This document shows positions 1 to 7,177 of a stretch of DNA of 32,000 bases, piece after piece. The notes below the pieces were generated by a model. The model was not told where the DNA came from. It ran no database searches and saw only the letters and a list, made by a program, of their open reading frames with translations. This stretch comes from Pseudothioglobus sp. nBUS_23 (GTDB lineage Bacteria > Pseudomonadota > Gammaproteobacteria > PS1 > Pseudothioglobaceae): positions 510,001-542,000 of the forward strand of contig NZ_CP179200.1 of the NCBI RefSeq assembly GCF_051201565.1, in the 5' to 3' direction. Numbering within the stretch: the first letter of the stretch is position 1; each line of letters starts with the position of its first letter. A program made the position numbers and the translations under genes.

Positions 1-1653
1 CTACAACCAAAAATCTCAAAAAGTGAAATTAATTTGGTTATGGATTTATATTCAACTGGCCAATTTAAGGAGGCAGTTGAAAAAATTAAAGAATTAAATA
101 ACAAATTTCCAAATGTACCTATATTATTTAATTTAATTGGGGCATGTTACAAAGAATTAGGACACCTTGAGGGTTCAGCAAAGATGTTTGAAAATGCAAT
201 AAACATTAAGCCACATTATGCTGAAGCACACTTCAATCTTGGAGCAGTACTAAAGATATTAAACAAAGATAATGAGTCAATTCAATCTTATAGGAATGCA
301 ATAGCAATTAATCATAAATATCCCGATGCACTTAATAATCTTGGAAGAGCTTTACACGAACTTGGGGAGTATGATGAAGCAATTGATTTATTAGAGTGGG
401 CTATCGCCTACAAACACGATTTTTCAGAAGCTCACAATAATCTTGGAAATGTCCTTAATGACATTGGAAAAGTAAGTGAAGCAATAGAAAGCTTTAAAAA
501 AGCTATCACGCATAATCCAAATTATTCATCAGCATACTATAATCTTGCATCTGCTCATAAAGATATAGGCAATAAAAATGCCTACCTAAAATATATTGAA
601 AAATCAGTTCAATTAAGGCCAAATTGGGGAGAGGCAAATTTCAATTTAAGTCAGGTTAAAGACTATTCCAATGGGGATCCTCACATCAAGAAAATGGAGT
701 CATTGCTGAAAATAAATAACTTAGAATTAACGGATCAAATAGGTTTAAATTTTGCTCTAGCTCACGCCTATGATAAGCTTGGAAATCATGAAAAACAATT
801 CAAATTCTTAAACGAAGCAAACAAACTGAGAAAACAAGAGGCAAATTATTCTTTTTCAATAGATAAAAATAGGTTTGCATTAGTTAAAGCTTTGTTTAAT
901 TCAAGTCCAGTTAGCCTTGAAAAGTTAAAAACTAAATCAAAAGATAAGAGACCCATTTTCATTGTTGGCATGCCTCGATCTGGAACGTCTCTAGTTCATC
1001 AAATTATCGATAGTCATCAAAAAGTAAGTGGTTTAGGAGAGTTAACTATTTTGTCAAAAATAATTAACCAGTTTTTTAGACAACATGATTCTGATGATGT
1101 TATTTCTAATGAGGAGTTGCTTTTGATAAGAAACAACTATTTACAGTATATTTCTTCATTAAAGATAAATAATAATATTTTTATTGACAAAATGCCTTTA
1201 AATTTTCGGCATATTGGGTTTATTCTTGCAGCTTTTCCAGAAGCAAAGATTATTCACATGAAAAGAGATAGTATGGCTACTTGTTGGTCAATTTATAAGT
1301 ATTACTTTAATGGCAACCTATACTCTTATAATCAAAAAGATTTAGGGAAGTACTATAAATTATATGAGGACCTTATGAGGTATTGGGACAAAAAATTTCC
1401 AACAAAAATTTATAATATTTCATATGAAGATCTTACTCTCAATCAAGAGCAAGAAACTCGGAAGCTTATTGATTACTGTGGGCTAGATTGGGATGAAAAT
1501 TGTTTGAACTTTTATAAAAACAAAGGGGCTGTTAAAACAACTAGTGCTCTTCAAGTAAGACAGAAAATGTATCAGGGTAGTTCAGAAGTTTGGAAAAAAT
1601 ATGAAAACCACCTAGAGGATCTGATTACTGTATTAGATTATTACAAAAAATAA
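1..1653 (+). CDS. TPR-repeat protein with C-terminal sulfotransferase domain (5' end runs off the window)
   Basis: The ORF track gives 34..1653 from a TTG. Frame 1 is open from nt 1 (LQPKISKSEINLVMDLYSTG...), and that stretch aligns with the conserved N-terminal motif of the three downstream paralogs (..SKIEIDSIINLFSNG.. and ..KEQIDSVVSLYSSG..), so the true start lies upstream of the window. There are about 6 TPR units (AEAHFNLG, ALNNLG, SEAHNNLGN, SSAYYNLA, GEANFNL). These are followed by a PAPS-binding loop 'IFIVGMPRSGTSLVHQI' and 'IIHMKRDSMATCWS', typical of Sulfotransfer_3-type enzymes. Confidence 0.8.
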   Translation, partial: LQPKISKSEINLVMDLYSTGQFKEAVEKIKELNNKFPNVPILFNLIGACYKELGHLEGSAKMFENAINIKPHYAEAHFNLGAVLKILNKDNESIQSYRNAIAINHKYPDALNNLGRALHELGEYDEAIDLLEWAIAYKHDFSEAHNNLGNVLNDIGKVSEAIESFKKAITHNPNYSSAYYNLASAHKDIGNKNAYLKYIEKSVQLRPNWGEANFNLSQVKDYSNGDPHIKKMESLLKINNLELTDQIGLNFALAHAYDKLGNHEKQFKFLNEANKLRKQEANYSFSIDKNRFALVKALFNSSPVSLEKLKTKSKDKRPIFIVGMPRSGTSLVHQIIDSHQKVSGLGELTILSKIINQFFRQHDSDDVISNEELLLIRNNYLQYISSLKINNNIFIDKMPLNFRHIGFILAAFPEAKIIHMKRDSMATCWSIYKYYFNGNLYSYNQKDLGKYYKLYEDLMRYWDKKFPTKIYNISYEDLTLNQEQETRKLIDYCGLDWDENCLNFYKNKGAVKTTSALQVRQKMYQGSSEVWKKYENHLEDLITVLDYYKK

Positions 1654-1654
1654 T

Positions 1655-4357
1655 ATGAATAAGATAAAACCATCCAAAATTGAAATTGACTCTATCATTA
1701 ATCTTTTTTCTAATGGGGATTTAGAAAAATGTCTAGAGACTATTGCAATTTTAATCAAAGACTATCCCGAAGAGTCTTTGTTATTTAATATTCAGGGTGC
1801 CTGTTATGCTGCTTTAGGGCAGTCTGATAATTCAGTGAAATCGTATAAAACTGCAATCACTTTAAAGCCAGATTATGCTAAAGCCCATTATAATTTGGGC
1901 GGCATTTTGCATGAAATTGGAAATTTAGATAAATCAGTTCATTCATACGAAAGCGCTCTCAGTATTGAGCCAGACTATGCAGAAGCCCACAACAATCTTG
2001 GCAATGTTTTTAGAGATCTTGGTAATCTAGATGAAGCTGCCAAAAGTTTTGAAAAAGCTTTAACCATTAATCAAGACTACATTGAGGCACGCTATTCACT
2101 TGCGATTGTCCTTCAAAAATTAGGAGATTTAGACTCTATAGATCATTTTGAAAAAGTTCTAGATATGAAACCAGACTTTGCAGAAGCTCACAATAACCTT
2201 GGCGTTGCATTAAAGGACATTGGCCAAGTTAATGAGGCGGTTGAATCATACAATAAAGCTTTAAAAATCAATCCAAATTATGCTCAAGCTTTAAATAATT
2301 TGGGTAATGCTTTAAGAGACCTTGGGAAATTTGAGGATGCAAAAGAAGCATATGAGAGGGCTTTAAGAATTAACGCTGATTATCCAACCCTGCATAATAA
2401 CCTTGGCAATGTTTTAAGAGAACTAGGAAGATTAGAGGAAGCTATTGAGTCATATCAGACTGCAATATCTCTTAATGAAGATAATCCTGATTCGTTTAAT
2501 AATTTAGGAGTAGTTTTTTTTACGCTTGGTGATTTAGATTCTGCAATTAGAGCTTATAAAAAAGCAATAATTATTAACCCAAATTTTGATAATGCACATA
2601 ATAATTTAGGCGCTGCTTATAAAAAAATAGGTGAATTTGATAAGGCGGTTGATTATTATCAAACGGCTTTAGTGATTGACAATCAAAATTTTGAAACTCA
2701 TAATAACTTAGGAAATGCTTGGTCAGAAATTGGAAATTATGATGAGGCAATTAAAAGCTTTAATAAAGCGATCGAAATTAATCCTGATTTCGAAGATGCC
2801 TATAATAACCTTGGGATTACTTTGTTGACGCAAGGAAGAATTGATGATGCATTTAAGTTAAATCAGAAGGCATTATCATTAAATCCAAATTTTGCTGAAG
2901 GGTATGTTTTTCAAGGTCGATTATTTTCTGAAATTGATCAGCAGGAAGAAGCATTAATTAGTTTTGAAAAGGCAAACACAATTAATCCAAAAATTGATTT
3001 TAACTTAAGTTCAATTTTAAATATGAAAATGGATCTTTGTGACTGGGATGGAATTGAAGATTTAGTTAGTGATTTGCCAAGGAAGCTAAATAACAGTGAA
3101 AAATTAATAAGACCTATGCTTTTAAGTGCATTGATTGATGATCCAACGCTTCAACATAAAGCTGCAGAAATATATTCAGAGTTTTACTTCCCAGAAAGCC
3201 ACCTTCTTCCTCAAATTCAAATATATCCAATTTCTTCAAAAACTCGTGTTGGTTATTTTTCTGCAGATTTCAAAGAGCACCCTGTCGCTAATTTGACTGC
3301 TGAACTCTATGAACTTCATGATAGAAATCAATTTGAAATTCATGCGTTTTCATTTGGTCCTGATACAAATGATGCAATGAACCTTCGAATAAAAAAAGGA
3401 GTTGATTACTTTCATGAAGTAAGCGAAATGTCGGATAAAGAAATTGCCATGCTTTCAAGATCTTTAAAGATCGATATAGCAGTTGATTTGGGAGGTTATA
3501 CTGCTGGAGCGAGAACAGGAATTTTTGCTTTAAGAGCAGCCCCTATTCAGGTAAATTATCTTGGGTATTCATGCACAATGGGCGCTAAATATATGGATTA
3601 TATAGTTGCTGACAGAACCATAATTAGTGAAGATCAGAAGATTAACTATTCGGAAAAAATTGTTTATTTGCCTGATTGCTTTATGGTTAATGATACAAAA
3701 GTGGCAAAATCTGAAAAAATATTCAATAAGGCCGAGGCTGGATTACCATCAGATAGTTTTATATTTTGCTGTTTTAATTCTCATCATAAATTTACTGAAA
3801 ATGTTTTTTCTAGCTGGATGAAGATCTTATTGAGCGTTGATAAAAGTGTTTTATGGCTCCCAAGTGGAGATAGATCTGCGTTAAACAACCTTAAAAAGGA
3901 AGCAGAAAAAAAAGATATTGATCCAAACCGTCTGATCTTTGCACCTCGTTTGGATTTAAGGGGAGACCACCTTAACAGAATCAAATTAGCAGATTTGTTT
4001 TTAGATACTCACCCATATAATGCTCACTCAACAGCTAGTGATGCTCTCCAAATGGGGCTTCCAGTTTTGACTTATGAGGGCTCTTCTTTTGCAAGTAGGG
4101 TGGCAACAAGTTTAAATAATGCTCTGCAATTAAATGAGTTAGTTGTTAATTCAGAAGATGAATATATATCTCTTGCAATTGAACTTGCAAAAAAACCTGA
4201 GATGATTCATGCCATTAAGTCTAAATTAAATTTAAATTTATCCACATCCAACTTATTTAATGCTGGAATATTTACTAAAAATATTGAATCTGCTTTTGAA
4301 AAGATGATCGATAGGTCTCAAAAAAAACTTGATCCAGATCATATTTATATTGATTAA
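1655..4357 (+). CDS. TPR-repeat / GT41-family (O-GlcNAc transferase, SPINDLY-like) glycosyltransferase, paralog A
   Basis: 900 aa. The ATG lies 1 nt after the upstream stop. There are about 12 34-aa TPR units with consensus AEAHNNLGNxxxxxGxxxEAxxSYxKAlxInP. The C-terminal ~450 aa aligns by eye (from memory of the sequence) with both catalytic lobes of human OGT: 'RVGYFSADFKEHPVANL' vs 'RVGYVSSDFGNHPTSHL'; 'GARTGIFALRAAPIQVNYLGYSCTMGAKYMDYIVAD' vs '[36 protein letters not shown]'; 'FCCFNSHHKF' vs '[10 protein letters not shown]' (Lys842 equivalent); 'DTHPYNAHSTASDAL' vs 'DTPLCNGHTTGMDVL'. Confidence 0.85.
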   Translation: MNKIKPSKIEIDSIINLFSNGDLEKCLETIAILIKDYPEESLLFNIQGACYAALGQSDNSVKSYKTAITLKPDYAKAHYNLGGILHEIGNLDKSVHSYESALSIEPDYAEAHNNLGNVFRDLGNLDEAAKSFEKALTINQDYIEARYSLAIVLQKLGDLDSIDHFEKVLDMKPDFAEAHNNLGVALKDIGQVNEAVESYNKALKINPNYAQALNNLGNALRDLGKFEDAKEAYERALRINADYPTLHNNLGNVLRELGRLEEAIESYQTAISLNEDNPDSFNNLGVVFFTLGDLDSAIRAYKKAIIINPNFDNAHNNLGAAYKKIGEFDKAVDYYQTALVIDNQNFETHNNLGNAWSEIGNYDEAIKSFNKAIEINPDFEDAYNNLGITLLTQGRIDDAFKLNQKALSLNPNFAEGYVFQGRLFSEIDQQEEALISFEKANTINPKIDFNLSSILNMKMDLCDWDGIEDLVSDLPRKLNNSEKLIRPMLLSALIDDPTLQHKAAEIYSEFYFPESHLLPQIQIYPISSKTRVGYFSADFKEHPVANLTAELYELHDRNQFEIHAFSFGPDTNDAMNLRIKKGVDYFHEVSEMSDKEIAMLSRSLKIDIAVDLGGYTAGARTGIFALRAAPIQVNYLGYSCTMGAKYMDYIVADRTIISEDQKINYSEKIVYLPDCFMVNDTKVAKSEKIFNKAEAGLPSDSFIFCCFNSHHKFTENVFSSWMKILLSVDKSVLWLPSGDRSALNNLKKEAEKKDIDPNRLIFAPRLDLRGDHLNRIKLADLFLDTHPYNAHSTASDALQMGLPVLTYEGSSFASRVATSLNNALQLNELVVNSEDEYISLAIELAKKPEMIHAIKSKLNLNLSTSNLFNAGIFTKNIESAFEKMIDRSQKKLDPDHIYID
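1667..2466. repeat. 800-bp direct repeat, copy 1 (inside paralog A)
   Basis: Line-by-line comparison shows 1667..2466 identical to 4388..5187 (offset 2721) with no mismatch seen. Identity starts a few codons after the two different start codons and ends at '..catatcagactgcaat'. Confidence 0.9.
3281..3424. repeat. 144-bp near-identical patch, paralog A copy
   Basis: 3281..3424 matches 6104..6247 with 1 mismatch (3382 c vs 6205 t). It encodes PVANLTAELYELHDRNQFEIHAFSFGPDTNDAMNLRIKKGVDYFHEVS. The offset is 2823, which is 2721 + 102. Confidence 0.85.
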
Positions 4358-4360
4358 TTT

Positions 4361-7177
4361 ATGAAGCATTTAAATGTTCCATCATCTAAACCATCCAAAA
4401 TTGAAATTGACTCTATCATTAATCTTTTTTCTAATGGGGATTTAGAAAAATGTCTAGAGACTATTGCAATTTTAATCAAAGACTATCCCGAAGAGTCTTT
4501 GTTATTTAATATTCAGGGTGCCTGTTATGCTGCTTTAGGGCAGTCTGATAATTCAGTGAAATCGTATAAAACTGCAATCACTTTAAAGCCAGATTATGCT
4601 AAAGCCCATTATAATTTGGGCGGCATTTTGCATGAAATTGGAAATTTAGATAAATCAGTTCATTCATACGAAAGCGCTCTCAGTATTGAGCCAGACTATG
4701 CAGAAGCCCACAACAATCTTGGCAATGTTTTTAGAGATCTTGGTAATCTAGATGAAGCTGCCAAAAGTTTTGAAAAAGCTTTAACCATTAATCAAGACTA
4801 CATTGAGGCACGCTATTCACTTGCGATTGTCCTTCAAAAATTAGGAGATTTAGACTCTATAGATCATTTTGAAAAAGTTCTAGATATGAAACCAGACTTT
4901 GCAGAAGCTCACAATAACCTTGGCGTTGCATTAAAGGACATTGGCCAAGTTAATGAGGCGGTTGAATCATACAATAAAGCTTTAAAAATCAATCCAAATT
5001 ATGCTCAAGCTTTAAATAATTTGGGTAATGCTTTAAGAGACCTTGGGAAATTTGAGGATGCAAAAGAAGCATATGAGAGGGCTTTAAGAATTAACGCTGA
5101 TTATCCAACCCTGCATAATAACCTTGGCAATGTTTTAAGAGAACTAGGAAGATTAGAGGAAGCTATTGAGTCATATCAGACTGCAATTCAAATTAGTCCA
5201 AATTATCAAGAAACTCATAATAATTTAGGTATTGCCTTATTTGATTTAGGAAGGCTTGAAGATGCAAAAAAATCATATCAAAATGCATTAGATATTGACC
5301 CAGAATTTGCTGAGACACACAATAATATTGGAACTGTTTATAAAGACTTAGGTCAAATTGAAAAAGCTATTAATTCATATGAAAAAGCTTTAGAGATTCG
5401 CCCAAATTATGCTGATGCATATAATAATCTTGGTGTTGTTTTAAAAAAAATTGGCCGCTTAGATGACGCTGTAAAATCTTATCAATATGCACTCAACATC
5501 AATCCAAATGATGCTGATACATTAAATAATTTAGGAAATATTCTATCTGAACTTGAAATTTTAAATGAGTCTGTTGAATCGTTTGAAAAAGCGATACAGT
5601 TAAGCCCTAATTTTGCAGAAGCTCATAATAACTTGAGTGTTGCTTTAATGAAGCTCAATCAATTAGATGAAGCATACAAATTCAATAAAATTGGTTTGAC
5701 TCTTAAGAAAGATTTCGTCGAAGGTTACATAACGCAAGGCCGAATTCTGTCAATGCAAAATGATCTTGAGAGGGCTCTACTAAGTTTTGAGAGGGCTCAT
5801 CAGATCAAACCTGATATTGAATTTAATTTAGGAAGTATTTTACAAACTAAGATGCGAATGTGTGATTGGAGCAACTTGAAAAATTTGCTGAATGAATTAA
5901 TAATTAAGATAAATAACAATGAGAAAGCTATATTACCAATGGATCTTTTATCCCTAATTGATGATCCAGAACTTCAGTTCAAAAGCTCAAGAATTTTTGC
6001 CAATTTTGAATATCCTTCAAGTGATATTTTGCCAAAGCTTGAGAAGTATAGAAATCATAGTAGGATAAAGATTGGGTATTTTTCTGCCGATTTTAAAGAT
6101 CATCCTGTCGCTAATTTGACTGCTGAACTCTATGAACTTCATGATAGAAATCAATTTGAAATTCATGCGTTTTCATTTGGTCCTGATACAAATGATGCAA
6201 TGAATCTTCGAATAAAAAAAGGAGTTGATTACTTTCATGAAGTAAGCCAAATGTCCGATAAAGAAATTGCATTATTGTCTAGATCAGTTGAAATAGATAT
6301 TGCAATAGATTTGTCAGGTTACACGGAAGGCTGTAGAACTAAAATATTTTCTATGTCAGCTGCTCCAATTCAAGCAAGTTATATTGGCTTATTGAGTTCA
6401 ATGGGATCTGATTATTATGACTATATAATTGCTGGCGAAGGGATGATTCCAGAGCAGAATCAGAAATATTTCTCTGAAAAAATTATTTATCTCCCTAGTT
6501 ATCAAGTCAATGATTCAAAAGAATTGCCCCCAGATATTGAAATTTCCCGAGCAGAACTTAATCTACCAGAGAATAGCTTTGTTTTTTGTTGTTTTAATAA
6601 CACATATAAAATAACACCAGCTATTTTTGATAGTTGGGCTCGTATTCTTAAAAGAGTTGAGAATAGTGTTCTGATGGTTTATGTTAACAATGAAACATCA
6701 CAAAATAACTTGATTAAAGAAATCGATAAAAGGAATGTTGATACAAGCAGACTTTTTTTTGGTGGTAATTTGTCTAGACAAAAATATTTAGCGAGATACC
6801 GCGTTGCTGACTTATTTTTAGATACATCTCCCTATAATGCGGGCACGACAGCAAGTGATGCTCTCAGAATGGGGCTGCCTGTTTTAACTTTAGAGGGTAA
6901 TTCTTTTAATAGTAAAGAGGCTTCAGGTGTTATCAGGTCTTTAAATTTATCTGAGCTTATAACAAATTCTCAGGAAGAGTACGAGTCAGTAGCTATTGAG
7001 TTGGCTAAAAACCCAGGAAAATTAAGAGACCTTAAAGATAAATTATCTATCAATTTAACTTCTGCTCCACTATACGATACTGAATTATTTACAAAAAATC
7101 TTGAGTCTGCCCTAAAAGAGATCTATGCAAGATATCAAAATGACTTAAAAACAGAATATATATATGTTAGCAAGTAA
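4361..7177 (+). CDS. TPR-repeat / GT41-family glycosyltransferase, paralog B
   Basis: 938 aa. The start is 3 nt after the paralog A stop. The first ~270 aa are identical to paralog A, coded by an identical 800-bp stretch. There are about 13 TPR units. The GT41 lobes carry 'IGYFSADFKDHPVANL', 'FCCFNNTYKITPAIFDSWARILKRVENSVL' (compare human OGT '[28 protein letters not shown]') and 'DTSPYNAGTTASDALRMGLPVLT'. Confidence 0.85.
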   Translation: MKHLNVPSSKPSKIEIDSIINLFSNGDLEKCLETIAILIKDYPEESLLFNIQGACYAALGQSDNSVKSYKTAITLKPDYAKAHYNLGGILHEIGNLDKSVHSYESALSIEPDYAEAHNNLGNVFRDLGNLDEAAKSFEKALTINQDYIEARYSLAIVLQKLGDLDSIDHFEKVLDMKPDFAEAHNNLGVALKDIGQVNEAVESYNKALKINPNYAQALNNLGNALRDLGKFEDAKEAYERALRINADYPTLHNNLGNVLRELGRLEEAIESYQTAIQISPNYQETHNNLGIALFDLGRLEDAKKSYQNALDIDPEFAETHNNIGTVYKDLGQIEKAINSYEKALEIRPNYADAYNNLGVVLKKIGRLDDAVKSYQYALNINPNDADTLNNLGNILSELEILNESVESFEKAIQLSPNFAEAHNNLSVALMKLNQLDEAYKFNKIGLTLKKDFVEGYITQGRILSMQNDLERALLSFERAHQIKPDIEFNLGSILQTKMRMCDWSNLKNLLNELIIKINNNEKAILPMDLLSLIDDPELQFKSSRIFANFEYPSSDILPKLEKYRNHSRIKIGYFSADFKDHPVANLTAELYELHDRNQFEIHAFSFGPDTNDAMNLRIKKGVDYFHEVSQMSDKEIALLSRSVEIDIAIDLSGYTEGCRTKIFSMSAAPIQASYIGLLSSMGSDYYDYIIAGEGMIPEQNQKYFSEKIIYLPSYQVNDSKELPPDIEISRAELNLPENSFVFCCFNNTYKITPAIFDSWARILKRVENSVLMVYVNNETSQNNLIKEIDKRNVDTSRLFFGGNLSRQKYLARYRVADLFLDTSPYNAGTTASDALRMGLPVLTLEGNSFNSKEASGVIRSLNLSELITNSQEEYESVAIELAKNPGKLRDLKDKLSINLTSAPLYDTELFTKNLESALKEIYARYQNDLKTEYIYVSK
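4388..5187. repeat. 800-bp direct repeat, copy 2 (inside paralog B)
   Basis: This is the partner of 1667..2466. The flanking bases differ on both sides (t/a at 4387/1666, t/a at 5188/2467). Confidence 0.9.
6104..6247. repeat. 144-bp near-identical patch, paralog B copy
   Basis: This is the partner of 3281..3424. The flanks are clearly more diverged. Confidence 0.85.
6509..6670. repeat. 162-bp near-identical patch, paralog B copy
   Basis: 6509..6670 matches 8918..9079 (offset 2409) with 1 synonymous mismatch (6649 t vs 9058 g). It encodes NDSKELPPDIEISRAELNLPENSFVFCCFNNTYKITPAIFDSWARILKRVENSV. Confidence 0.85.
6783..6889. repeat. 107-bp near-identical patch, paralog B copy
   Basis: 6783..6889 matches 9192..9298 (same offset, 2409) with 2 synonymous mismatches. 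The ~110 bp between this patch and the previous one is only roughly 60% identical by eye. Confidence 0.85.

Noticed and set aside
34-36. TTG proposed by the ORF track as the start of the sulfotransferase gene
   Set aside because: The frame stays open to nt 1. The upstream residues match the conserved N-terminal motif of the paralogs, so the gene most likely starts outside the window.
3906-3914. Homopolymer tracts inside the glycosylation genes as possible phase-variation switches: A9 at 3906, T8 at 2514, A8 at 5443, T8 at 6753, A8 at 7196, A9 at 13636 and A9 at 14153
   Set aside because: A8-A9 and T8 runs are expected by chance at this AT content, and they also occur in housekeeping genes (for example rluD at 14463). 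All are currently in frame. There is no evidence for variability from a single sequence.
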